In this document: positions 18,706 through 31,000 of the stretch, in pieces | Numbering within the stretch: the first letter of the stretch is position 1 | Layout: each line of letters starts with the position of its first letter | Source of the DNA: an uncultured Bacteroidota bacterium | Lineage (GTDB): Bacteria > Bacteroidota > Bacteroidia > 2-12-FULL-35-15 | Direction of reading: 5' to 3' | DNA length: 64,000 nt | Assembly: GCA_963727705.1 (NCBI GenBank) | Contig: CAVSHK010000028.1 | Span: 39,537 to 103,536 of the forward strand | Program-made: the position numbers and the translations under genes | Notes under the pieces: model-generated | What the model saw: only the letters and a program-made list of their open reading frames with translations | The model's database searches: none | What the model was told of the DNA's origin: nothing

Positions 18706-21700
18706 TTATTTTAGAATAACTATTTTATCACTTTTCATTTCATTTCCATTTATTATTACCTTATAAAAATAAGTTCCATTGAGCAATGGAACATCATTAA
18801 TTTTTAATTCAGTTTCAGTATAATTTAAATGGTACACCGCTACTTCTTTACCATTCAAATCATAAATTATAAAAACACCATTATCCGAAGCAGAAATTGA
18901 AGAATATGTTAATGCCATAGTGCCGCTGTTAGGGTTGGGATATACCATAAAATCAGGTAAAGATGTTGTTGTTGCGGGCTCAATAATATTAGCTTCTTGC
19001 GATTCCGATCTATATTGACTTGGATTCGATTTACAGCCATTGGCATCGGTAACAACTACTCTATAAAAATTACCACTTAGTACTACTATCGGGTTTTGCG
19101 TAGAAGAAACTGTTGCCGGCGACTGTTGAGAATACCAACTATAAGTATAACCGGGAGTACCTCCGGAGGCTGTTGCAATTAAATATTTTAATACTTTAAT
19201 ATTAGGAAATATTATTGAGTTAGCAGTAACAGTTGGTGCAGGAAGAACTTTAACTTGTTGTGTCGCAGTAGAACTACATCCATTTAAAAAACCGGTAACC
19301 ATATATGTTCTTGTTGATGCAGGATTATCTGACAAGGTAAATCCAGCTCCAAAACCCGTCCAATTATACTGAGTTGCTGCTCCTTGAGCAGTTAAAGTAA
19401 CAAATTCTCCTGAACAAATCGCATTTTTGGACGCTGTAATAGTAATCGTAGGATTGGGTTGTAACGTTATTGTTACAGAGGCCTTAACAGCACAACCATT
19501 TTTCATACCTTTAACAGTAAATAGTTCTTTTTCAGGATTCGGATACTGACCTTCATATAATGGCGTGTAATTCGTTGTTTGTAAAGTCCCTCCTTCAAGA
19601 GGGTTTATTGGGTTTCCATTTATATACCACTGATAATTATCTAGGGTACTAGCAGCAAGAAATACCTGATCATTAGTACAATAAAAAGTGTTCCCTGTAA
19701 TACTCACAGTTTGAGTTTTTACACTAACTGTAGAAGTAGCTTTGTTACTGCATCCATTTGAATTTAAACCTGTAACAGTGTAAATGGTATTTACAGTTGG
19801 TGTAGCAATTACGGTTGCCCCGCTGGCTTTATTCAAAGAGGCAGCAGGTGACCATGAGTAATTAATTGCTCCGGTAGCTGTTAATGTTGCTGTGGTACCT
19901 GTACATATAGTTGCAGAATTAACGTTTATAACAGGCGATGGATGAACTAGTACAGTTGTAGTTGTTTTGTCAATACAACCGTTAGCATTAGTACCGATTA
20001 TGGAATAAGTAGTGCTAACAGTTGGTGAAGCAATTACAATTGCCCCGATGGCTTTATTCAAAGAGGCAGCAGGTAACCAAGTATAATTAACAGCTCCTGT
20101 TGCAGTTAATGTTGCTGTTGTGCCGGCACAAATAGTTGCAGCATTCACTTTTACAACAGGTACCGGATTAACTATTATTGATGTAGTTGTTTTGCTGATA
20201 CAACCGTTAGCATTAGTACCGGTTATGGTATAAGTAGTGCTAACAGTTGGTGAAGCAATTACCGTTGCCCCGTTGGTTTTATTCAAAGCAGCAGCAGGTG
20301 ACCACGAATAATTAAGGGCTCCCGTTGCTGTTAATGTTGCTGTTGTGCCCGCACAAATAGTTGCAGCATTCACTTTTACAACAGGTACTGGATTAACTAT
20401 TACCGATGTTGTTGTTTTGCTGAAGCAACCGTTAGTGCCAGTACCGGTTACCGTATAAGTAGTGGTAATGGTTGGTGTAGCAATTACGGTTGCCCCTGTG
20501 GTTTTATTCAAAAAGGTAGCCGGTAACCATGTATAACCGCTGGAGTTACCCATTGCTGTTAATGTTGCTGTACTTCCTGCACATATTGACTGCACTACAG
20601 GATTTGCTATAACAATTGGTTTGGGAAGAACGGTAACTTCAGCCAAAGCAATAGTACTGGTGCCACAACTATTTTTACCTGTTACCGAATAAATGCTGTT
20701 TATTGTTGGTGTGGCAACCACTGTTGCACCTGTGACAGGTGCCGTTAAGCCCGTTGTGGGGAACCAGGTATAAGTCATCGTACCATTTGTAACGGGTCCG
20801 CTTGCTGTTAAGGTAGTGGATGTTCCTTCACATATAGTTTTAGGAGTAACCGTAAGCGTGGGTGTTTTTAACACCGTAACGGTTGTTACTGCGCTTGCAG
20901 CACAACCAGCGGACGACTTACCTGTTACAGTGTATGACTTACTGGCAGCAGGACTAACGCTAATTGAAGCCGTTGTTGCACCCGTTGACCAGATATAGGA
21001 GGAGGCACCGTTTGCTGTTAATGTAGCGTTTTGTCCGTTACAAATTGTTGCTGAACTTACCGTTAATGTTGGTGAAGCAATTACCTTTATAGTATCAACC
21101 GCAATTCCAGAACAACCATTAGTGTCTGTTCCTGTAACAGTATAAGCAGTAGTTGTTGCAGGTATAAAACTAACACCGTTACTTACCCCACCTGTCCATG
21201 TGTATGAACTTGCACCACCTCCGGTAAGTGTAATTTCAGAACCTGCACATACACTATTGCTTGAAGCATTGGCGGTAACAACGGGGAGCTTATTTACTGT
21301 AACAGTTGTTGTTGAAGTGTTATTACAAGTTTCGCGAAAGGAAAAATCAGTAAAAGCAGTATATGCAGTTTCTGAATTTGGGTCACTCAACAATTTAATG
21401 TCGGCTGTTGTTGCTGAGCCCGAGTTCCATACGGTTGAAAATTGAACCCATGTTCGGACACTTGCCGATGCAACAGAAAAAGTAGCTACCGGTGTTCCCC
21501 CATTTATTGTAAGTTGATATAGGTTTGGAACTCCATCATCGTCCTCATTTACAAAAAAAGAAAAGGTATAGTTGGTGTTTGGTGTTATTGCAATTAAAGG
21601 GTTATTTTCCCATATAAGTCCACCAGCCGGTTTGTTCACCCAAAAAGCATTAGCATTGTTCGGACTAGGGTTCAACCAAGTCAAATTACCATAAGGGTAA

Positions 21701-22107
21701 AATATCATCTCGCCATATTCACTAGAGAAAGACGGGTAGTAACCACTTGTGAACCCGATAAGCTGTGAAGGACTCGTAAGCGTCGAATCACTTCCTGTGG
21801 TATTACTGTATATATATGATGAAAAATCTCCATCAACAACCAATTCTGGACCGAGAGTACCACTGCCGGAATAAGTTACGGTATAGGTAGTTGTAACAGA
21901 AGGGCTGGCTACTACTGTTGCTCCTGTAGTTGTATTTAACCCCGTTGCAGGAAACCAGGTGTAGGAGGAATCTCCACTTGCCGTTAACGTAGCGGATGAA
22001 CCGGTACAAATAGTTGCAGCATTTACTGTTACGGTGGTACACTGAGCCCTTAAACCTGCAATGTTAAAAATAAAGATCATTGACGAAAATAGAATGCTTT
22101 TCATTTT
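18706..22107 (-). CDS. Large cell-surface protein with an N-terminal jelly-roll-like domain, about 9 Ig-like repeats and a T9SS type-A C-terminal sorting domain
   Basis: Signal peptide MKSILFSSMIFIFNIAGLRAQ. Three near-identical repeats of about 95 aa (VIVNPVPVVKVNAATICAGTTATLTATGA...). The C-terminus VYPNPNSG...GKEVAVYHL...GTYFYKVII...KIVILK is the Por secretion-system CTD. Confidence 0.85.
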   Translation of the reverse strand, partial: KMKSILFSSMIFIFNIAGLRAQCTTVTVNAATICTGSSATLTASGDSSYTWFPATGLNTTTGATVVASPSVTTTYTVTYSGSGTLGPELVVDGDFSSYIYSNTTGSDSTLTSPSQLIGFTSGYYPSFSSEYGEMIFYPYGNLTWLNPSPNNANAFWVNKPAGGLIWENNPLIAITPNTNYTFSFFVNEDDDGVPNLYQLTINGGTPVATFSVASASVRTWVQFSTVWNSGSATTADIKLLSDPNSETAYTAFTDFSFRETCNNTSTTTVTVNKLPVVTANASSNSVCAGSEITLTGGGASSYTWTGGVSNGVSFIPATTTAYTVTGTDTNGCSGIAVDTIKVIASPTLTVSSATICNGQNATLTANGASSYIWSTGATTASISVSPAASKSYTVTGKSSAGCAASAVTTVTVLKTPTLTVTPKTICEGTSTTLTASGPVTNGTMTYTWFPTTGLTAPVTGATVVATPTINSIYSVTGKNSCGTSTIALAEVTVLPKPIVIANPVVQSICAGSTATLTAMGNSSGYTWLPATFLNKTTGATVIATPTITTTYTVTGTGTNGCFSKTTTSVIVNPVPVVKVNAATICAGTTATLTATGALNYSWSPAAALNKTNGATVIASPTVSTTYTITGTNANGCISKTTTSIIVNPVPVVKVNAATICAGTTATLTATGAVNYTWLPAASLNKAIGAIVIASPTVSTTYSIIGTNANGCIDKTTTTVLVHPSPVINVNSATICTGTTATLTATGAINYSWSPAASLNKASGATVIATPTVNTIYTVTGLNSNGCSNKATSTVSVKTQTVSITGNTFYCTNDQVFLAASTLDNYQWYINGNPINPLEGGTLQTTNYTPLYEGQYPNPEKELFTVKGMKNGCAVKASVTITLQPNPTITITASKNAICSGEFVTLTAQGAATQYNWTGFGAGFTLSDNPASTRTYMVTGFLNGCSSTATQQVKVLPAPTVTANSIIFPNIKVLKYLIATASGGTPGYTYSWYSQQSPATVSSTQNPIVVLSGNFYRVVVTDANGCKSNPSQYRSESQEANIIEPATTTSLPDFMVYPNPNSGTMALTYSSISASDNGVFIIYDLNGKEVAVYHLNYTETELKINDVPLLNGTYFYKVIINGNEMKSDKIVILK

Positions 22108-22599
22108 AATACTATTTAATAGTTTGCGACAAATGTATAAAAAGATCATTCTAAAATAATTTTTTGTTGATAAAATATACGTATGTCCATTTAAAGTGTT
22201 AATACAACAAATAATTTTATTCTACCTTTTAAAAAGTAATTGAAAAGGATAAATAAATCAGTCTCAATTAACATATGTTACATTCGCAATACCTATTGCA
22301 ACCATTATAACTCAATATGTATCCTCATTTCAGAAAGACTTAAAAATGATTACCAATTTGAAAAACTCCATTTCATTTTACACATTCAAATTTAGAGTAA
22401 AAGCTGAAGTAATAATTTAAAAAGCCTGGCAAAGACAATTTAAAGAAATAGGACGTTATTACATATAAAAATGAGCAATATGCTACCTGCAACTAAAAAC
22501 AAACAACTATTGAATGACCCATCTGATACTACAGCGTTTTTTGTGGTAAAAAATGCTATTCAAAATATCATTTTAAAAAAATTACAGGTAATTTTTTTA

Positions 22600-25068
22600 A
22601 TGCTATTGTTGATGATGTCATCATTTATGACCGCTCAGGTTGTTACCTTTATTCCAACGGGGGGAACGGCGGCTGATTTACAAAAAAGCTATACTATTCC
22701 TGCATGTGTAACCACTATTACCGTTGAAGTATGGGGAGGCTCGGGTGCGCGGAAATGAATGAAGGTAATGCCACCCCGGTGGTGGTGGCGGTGGTGGTGC
22801 TTATAGCAGATCCGTATTACCGGTAACAGCTGGTACTACATATAGTATTCAGCTTGGAAATCCGGGAGCTACCGGAACTCCAGGCGGTGATACTTGGTTT
22901 GCACTAGGTGCTACAAAACTTGTTTTGGCTAAAGGAGGACTAACAAGTACCGGTACTGCCGGTGGTGTCGGTGGTGCCTCTGCAGGAGGAACAGGTCAAA
23001 TAAGGTATTCAGGTGGTAATGGTGGGGCAGGAACAGGAAATGTTGGTGGCGGTGGTGGATCAACCGGAGGCTCTGGTGGAGCTGGAAAAAATGGTAGTGC
23101 AGGTAGTGGTAATGTTGGTGGAGCAGGGGGAGGTCCAGCTACCGGTAATAATGGTGGTGGTGGCGCTGCTGGTGGTAATAACAATGGTAATGGAAACGGT
23201 AACCAAACCTGTGTAGCGTGTGGTGGTGGTGGTGGTGGTGGTATAGGTTCTACTACCGGTGGAACAGGTTCAGTTGGTATGGCTCAAATTACCTTACCCG
23301 CACTGTTAAATGTAACAGTAGGTGTTTCTCAAACTATATGTCCCGGATTACCCCAACCATTTATGGCAACTGGTTCAGGGGGAAATACCTCTAGCTATAA
23401 TTATAAATGGCAATATAACAATACCGATACAACGAATGCTGCTGCATGGACGGATTTAACAAGCTTTTTAGCTCCTAACACTTATACTCCAACTACTTCA
23501 ATTTCAACCACAACCTGGTACAGGGCAATTATTACCGAAACAACAGGTTGTGTCTCATTACGATACTTCGGCAGCGGTGCAGGTATATGTACAGCAACTT
23601 ACTGCCGATTTAGAATTTTCACAAACCATATGCAATGGCAGTACGCCCACCCCACTTAACATTACCACACAACCTGCATCGGCAGTGCCGAATTTTGTCT
23701 GGTACACATCCGCCAATTTATCATCCGGTTATACGCCCGTTACAGGAACTGTAACTGTAAATACATATGCTCCCGGTTCATTAACAGGAACAGCATATTA
23801 TATGGCTGTGGTAAGTGCTCCCGGTTGTGTAACATTAAATACCAATACCATTACTTTAACAACCACAAATGCTTTGCCTGTTTGTAATGTAGGTCGAAAT
23901 CCCGCCTCCATGTACAATACCAATGCCTTACCCATGTTTAAGGCATCGGTAGGTGGTTCGGTAACTACCGGAGCCTGGAGCATCGTTTCGGGTGGTGGTT
24001 CCTTAAGTACCACTGCACAAACTAATAATCCTGCTGGAGTTACTTACTCTGCAGCCCCCGGTTATACAGGCACTGTAGTTTTACAACTAACAACTAATCC
24101 TAACGGTTGTCCCACACAATGTATTTCCACCAAAACTATTACAGTATTAAATAATACTATACAAACTGTAGTTTTTTCATCAGCTACAACAACGGTTACA
24201 CCATGGACTGTACCTGGATGTGTACATACAATCACGGTGGAAACATGGGGTGCCGGTGGTGGTGGTGGTACAGGTGGATTCGGTGCAATTCCGGATGGTT
24301 CGGGCGGCGGTGGCGGTGCTTATAGTGGTAATATTTTATCCTGTCACACAAAATACCATTTATAGTTTATTTGTAGGGGCAGGTGGCAAGGGTGCTGCGC
24401 ACACGCCGAGATGGCGAATTAAAGTGTGGAAGGCGGAAGGAGGCAATTCATGGTTTGGTAGTCCAACTACTGTATTATGCTCAAGGTGGAACGGAGGACT
24501 TGCTTCTGGTTTGCCAAGGGATATGGAAGTTAAATTCCAGGGGGCAGTAAGTTCGGCAGGATAAGGAAATTTACCAATAATTTCGGGAGGAGTGGGTCAG
24601 GAGCCAAACAGGTTATTTATGGCCGGAGCGGTGGTGGTGGTGCATCTGCCTGTCCGAACAGGAAGTGGAGGGTCTGCTCCAAACCCAAATACTGCAGTTA
24701 GCGGAGGATGCGGGTAAAGTTCAAATACCACAACTCCTGGTGGGACGGCCTGTACGGGAGGAGGGAATGGTGGAGTAGGCGGACTCAATCACTGTTTTGG
24801 GTGTAATTAATTAGCTGCACCTGGTCGAGGTCCTGGAGGAGGAGGTGGTGGTGGAACTAATGCAGATGATCATCCTGGCGCTGATGGCGCTAATGGTCAA
24901 GTTATTATATCATACACCACGCAAAATCCTGTACTATTATATCTTTCAGTTGCACCATCTGCAACTATTTGTAAGGGAGGTAGTGTTACCTTAAGTGGAG
25001 ATTCTGATTACCCGGTAATTTATTCATGGAATGACGGAGCAACGACCTATACAACCAGTGTTATTTCA
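22600..25068 (+). pseudogene. 5' portion of the giant adhesin gene. It holds two PF12810-like Gly-rich domains broken by at least six frameshifts or stops.
   Basis: Signal peptide MLLLMMSSFMTAQ. The motifs CVTTITVEVWGGSG...GGGGGGAYS (22700-22800) and CVHTITVETWGAGGGGGTGG...GGGGGAYSG (24220-24340) are each followed by a frame change. The frames run 1, 2, 3, 1, ..., 1. Breaks fall in GGTGGTGG-type tracts. Confidence 0.6.
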
Positions 25069-28000
25069 GTGGCGCCTACTGCTACGACTACCTACACGCT
25101 TTCAGACCTTAGCGGATGTGCACCTCCAATAACACAAACCATTGTGGTTAATCCACCATTAAGTATTACCATAAACCCAACCACGGTATGTGCAGGGATT
25201 ACAGGTACCATAAGTGCAGTAGTAACGGCATCCTTGTCTCCGAGCTATACCTGGACAGGAGTTGTGGGTGGAGCAACCACCACATTGAGTACTACTTCAG
25301 CAATGACAGCCAGTCCAACTGTAACAACAACCTATACGGTAAATATCAACACTTCATCCTGTGCAGCTACGGTTACCAATACGATAACGGTAAAGCCCAA
25401 CGCCGGGCTAGCGTTAAGTTCCGGGGCAGGCACGAATGGTCAAACGGTGTGTGTAAATACAGCGATAAGTCCCATTACCTATACGATAAGTGGCGGTGCC
25501 ACAACAGCCACGGTCACGGGCTTACCGGCAGGAGTAACGGGTAGTTTTTCCGGAGTAATGTTAAGCATTGGTGGTACTCCGAGCACGGTATCTACCCAAA
25601 CCCTCACGAGTACTTATACGGTAACTACAGCAGGGACTTGTTCTCAGACAGCGGTAACCGGAACGATCACCGTACAACCCAAAGCATTCTTAGGTCTGTC
25701 ATCGGCAATTGGAACTGATAATAAAACCTATTGTGTCAATAACGCACTAACAGCCATCACCTATACGATAAGTGGTGGAGCAGCAACAGCCACGGTTACA
25801 GGTTTACCTTCAGGGGTAACGGCTTCTGTTTCATCCAATACAGTAACAATTTCAGGCACACCTACGGCGGTATCGACTCAAACAGTGGCCAGTACCTATA
25901 CAGTAACCACATCGGGTAGCTGCGTTCAAACCTCCACTACGGGTACGATCACCGTCACACCAAAGGCCTTTTTAGGTTTGTCCTCGGCAGTGGGCAGTGA
26001 CAATCAAACCCTGTGTGTGAATACAGCCTTAGCCACACCGATTACCTATACGATAGCGGGCGGCGCCACCACGGCCACGGTAACGGGCTTGCCGGCCGGT
26101 ATAACGGGTAGTTTTACCGGCACAACGTTAACCATCAGTGGCACTCCAAGCACGGTATCTACTCAAACAGTGGCCAGTACCTATACAGTAACAACGTCGG
26201 GTACCTGTTCTCAGACGGCAGTAACGGGAACAATCACCGTCACTCCAAAAGCCTTTTTAGGTTTATCCTCTGCCGTGGGCAGTGATAATCAAACCTTGTG
26301 TGTGAATACAGGAGTATTAACACCAATTACCTATACAATAACAGGCGGCGCCACCACGGCCACGGTAACGGGCTTACCGGCGGGTATAACGGGTAGTTTT
26401 ACCGGAACAACGTTAAGCATCAGTGGCACTCCAACTGCGGTATCCACTCAAACAGTGGTCAGTACCTATACGGTAAGCACAGCGGGTACAATTTGCGCTC
26501 AGACATCTGTCACAGGAACAATCACGGTAACTCCTCAAGCCTTTCTGGGTTTAGCATCGGCAGTGGGCAGTGATAATCAAACGCTGTGTGTGAATACGGC
26601 CTTAGCAACACCGATCACCTATACGATAAGTGGAGGAGCAACCACGGCAACAGTCACGGGCTTACCGGCGGGTATAACGGGTAGTTTTGCCGGAACAACG
26701 TTAACGATCAATGGCACCCCGACAGCGGTGTCCACTCAAACGGTAGTGAGTACCTATACGGTAAGCACATCGGGTACCACCTGTTCTCAAACAGCGGTAA
26801 CGGGAACAATCACGGTTTTCCCCAAAGCCTTTTTAGGTGTGGTAGGAGCAGCTAGTCAGACCTTGTGTATTAACACTCCGTTAACGAATATCACCTATAC
26901 GGTAAGCGGCGGAGCAACAGGAGGGAGTGTAACAGGTTTACCGGCAGGACTAACAAGTATGTATTCCTCAGGCACAGTGACAATAAGCGGCAGCCCGACA
27001 GTGGTAGGAACATTTGGTTATACCGTAAACACAACAGGCACTTGTGCCCAAACAAGTGCAACAGGCACGATAGTGGGCAATCCGAACACGGTAGTAGATT
27101 TAACTTCCGGAGCAGGTAGCGACGCTCAAAAATTGTGTCAGACAGATGTATTAAGCACGATCACCTATAGTTTAAGTGACGGAGCAACAAGTGCGAATGT
27201 AACGGGCTTGCCAACGGGTGTAACCGGAGTTTATAGCAATAGTGTAGTGACGATAAGTGGCACCCCAACAGTATTGGGCACCTATAATTATACGTTAACC
27301 ACAGTAGGAGGCTGTGCTCCGGTAACGGTTTTAGGAAGCATTACGATCAATTCAAATGCAGCGATCGCCTTATCCTCCGGCAATGGCAGTGATAATCAAA
27401 CCTTGTGTGTGAATACCGCTTTAGTCACCCCCATAACTTATACAATAAGCGGTGGTGCGACCACGGCCACGGTCACGGGCTTACCGGCGGGTATAAGCGG
27501 TAGTTTTTCCGGCGTAACATTAACCATCAGTGGCACTCCAAGCACGGTATCGACTCAAACCTTAACCAGTACCTATACGGTAACAACAGCAGGTAACTGT
27601 ACCCAAACAGCAGTAACGGGTACAATCACCGTAACACCCAATGCTTTTTTAGGTTTATCCTCAGCAAACGGCAGTGATAATCAAACGCTCTGTGTGAATA
27701 CAGCTCTGGCAACACCCATCACCTATACGATAACAGGCGGAGCGACTACCGCCACAGTAACGGGTTTGCCAGCAGGTATAACGGGTAGTTTTACCGGAAC
27801 AATGCTAACCATTAGTGGCACTCCAACTGCTATATCTACTCAAACAGTGGCAAGTACCTATACGGTAACAACAGCAGGTACCTGTTCACAGACATCAGTA
27901 ACGGGTACAATCACGGTAACACCAAAAGCCTTTATAGCTTTATCCTCGGCAAACGGCAGTGATAACCAAACCTTGTGTGTGAATACAGGGACATTAAGCC

Positions 28001-31000
28001 TCATCACCTATACGATCACCGGTGGCGCGACTACAGCAACGGTAACGGGCTTACCGGCAGGTATCACGGGTAGCTTCTCCGGAACAACGTTAACCATTGG
28101 TGGCACTCCGACAGCGGTATCGACTCAAACCTTAACCAGTACCTATACGGTAACAACAGCGGGTACCTGTTCACAGACATCAGTAACGGGTACCATTACT
28201 GTAACCCCAAAAGCCTTTATAGCTTTATCATCGGCAGTGGGCAGTGATAATCAAACGTTATGTGTGAATACAGGAACATTAAGCCTCATCACCTATACGA
28301 TCACCGGTGGCGCGACTACAGCAACGGTAACAGGCTTACCGGCGGGTATAAGCGGTAGTTTTACCGGAACAACGTTAACCCTTAGTGGCACTCCAACTGC
28401 TATATCCACTCAAACAGTGGCAAGTACCTATACGGTAACCACAGCAGGTACCTGCGCTCAAACATCAGTAACAGGAACGATTACCGTAATTCCTCAAGCA
28501 TTTTTAGGTTTATCCTCCGCAAACGGCAGTGATAGTCAAACGCTGTGCGTGAATACGGGGACATTAAGCCCCATCACCTATACGATCACCGGTGGCGCGA
28601 CTACGGCCACGGTAACGGGCTTACCGGCAGGTATAACCGGCAGTTTTTCCGGAACAACGTTAACCATTGGTGGCACTCCAACCACGGTATCCACTCAAAC
28701 AGTGGCGAGTACCTATACGGTAACCACAGCGGGTACCTGTTCACAGACAGCAGTAACGGGTACCATTACTGTAACCCCAAAAGCCTTTATAGCTTTATCA
28801 TCGGCAAACGGTAGTGATAATCAAACGCTGTGCGTGAATACAGGTACATTAAGCCCCATCACCTATACGATCACCGGTGGCGCGACTACAGCAACGGTAA
28901 CAGGCTTACCGGCGGGTATAAGCGGTAGTTTTACCGGAACAACGTTAACCCTTAGTGGCACTCCAACTGCTATATCCACTCAAACAGTGGCAAGTACCTA
29001 TACGGTAACCACAGCAGGTACCTGCGCTCAAACATCAGTAACAGGAACGATTACCGTAATTCCTCAAGCCTTTTTAGGTTTAGCATCGGCCATGGGCAGT
29101 GATAATCAAACACTGTGTGTGAATACAGGTACATTAAGCCCCATCACCTATACGATCACCGGTGGCGCGACTACAGCCACGGTAACGGGCTTACCGGCGG
29201 GTATCACGGGTACATTCTCAGGAACAACGTTAACCATCAGCGGCACTCCAACCACGGTATCCACTCAAACAGTGGCAAGTACCTATACGGTAACAACAGC
29301 GGGTACCTGTTCACAGACATCAGTAACGGGAACGATCACGGTAACCCCAAAAGCCTTTATAGCTTTATCATCGGCAAACGGTAGTGATAATCAAACGTTA
29401 TGTGTGAATACAGGAACATTAAGCCCCATCACCTATACGATAACAGGAGGCGCGACTACAGCAACGGTAACAGGCTTACCGGCGGGTATAAGCGGTAGTT
29501 TTACCGGAACAACGTTAACCCTTAGTGGCACTCCAACTGCTATATCCACTCAAACAGTGGCAAGTACCTATACGGTAACCACAGCGGGTACAACTTGCGC
29601 TCAAACCTCTGTTACAGGAACGATCACCGTAATTCCTCAGGCCTTTTTAGGTTTATTCTCGGCAGTGGGCAGTGATCATCAAACCCTGTGCGTGAATACA
29701 GCGTCATTAACCCCCATCACCTATACGATCACCGGTGGAGCAACCACGGCAACAGTAACGGGCTTACCAGCGGGTATAACAGGCAATTTTTCAGGAACAG
29801 CGTTAACCATTAGCGGTATTCCAACCACAGTATCGACTCAAACGCTTACAAGTACCTATACGGTAACAACAGCAGGTACCTGTACTCAAACATCTCTTAT
29901 CGGTACCATTACGGTTTATCCGGATGCTACCATCGCTTTAATGTCGGTCGGAGCCACAGCAACTCAAACCGTATGTGTACGAGGCACTCCTATAACACCA
30001 ATAACGTATACCTTAAACGGCGGAGCTTATAATGCATCTGTAACAGGGCTACCGAACGGTGTAAATGGTTCATATAATAATGCCGGAGTATTCACTATTT
30101 CGGGTACGCCTAGCGGTGTAACCAGCCAAACGGTTGCTGTTGTGAGTACCTATACGGTACGTACAACAGGTTCTGCTTGTGTTCAAAAACAACTGACAGG
30201 AACCATTCAGCTGGATCCATTACCAACTGCATATGCAGGCTCAACAAGCCCAATCTGTCAGACAGACTCGGTTAGCGTAACAGGTGCAAGTTCAGGTAAC
30301 GGAGCAATCAACTGGACAGACAATGGCCAAGGTGTGTTAAGCAACCAGACGACATTAAGTCCTCAATACAAAGCAAGCACACTTGATCAGGGTAAAACCA
30401 TCACCTTGACCATGACGGTAACCAGTACCAACAGTTGCAATGTCTTGCCTGAAACAATACCATCAAGCGTTAATGTGGTAGTACGCCCAACCTTAACGGC
30501 GGTGCCAACAGTTACTGCCAGTGTATGTCAGAATCAGCCCGCAACAGCAACCTTTAATGTAACCAGTCAGGGTACTTCACCTTATGTATTTACCTATACT
30601 GAAACGGTAAACGGAACTCAAAGTACTAAAACAGTTACGACTCCTACTGTTAATGGCAGCACTACGGCAACCATAAGTGCTCCTACCGGCATCACCGGAA
30701 CGGTTGTTTACAATCTGACACAGGTAAAAGATGCAAACTGTACGCAACCATTACCTGTAAATACACAAACGATGATTGTAAACAAATTACCAACGGCCAC
30801 CATCAGTCAAAACGAAGAGATATGTCGTGATAGTACAGCTAAAGCTATTTTATTCAAAGGAATGAACAGTACCAAACCATATACCTTTACTTTTACCGTT
30901 AACAATAGTTCTGCGATACAAAAAGGAGATAGTGTTTATTCACTAAAACCGGCTACGGATAAAGTAGGCACATTTGTTTATATACTGACCAATGTGGTAG

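Noticed and set aside
22150-22599. AT-rich divergent intergenic region between the two adhesin genes, examined for Bacteroidota TTG/TAnnTTTG promoter motifs
   Set aside because: No unambiguous match could be assigned by eye, so no promoter was called.
22996-23216. Pro-rich ORF on the minus strand (22996-23184) and Val-rich ORF on the plus strand (23013-23216) over the Gly-rich region
   Set aside because: They are mirror-frame artefacts of GGN-codon tracts. They have no start context and overlap the genuine Gly-rich-domain reading frame.
25188-25544. Alternate-frame ORFs inside the giant repeat gene (25188-25544, 28545-28814, 29115-29384) and the minus-strand ORF 31312-31548
   Set aside because: They are Arg, His and Tyr-rich out-of-frame readings of the Thr/Gly-codon repeats. 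The main frame is continuous and carries recognisable PKD and T9SS domains.
25680-29940. A regular 285-bp tandem repeat array that might be mistaken for a CRISPR or satellite
   Set aside because: The repeats are contiguous and in-frame protein-coding domain repeats with no spacers. No cas genes are present. No CRISPR occurs anywhere in the window.
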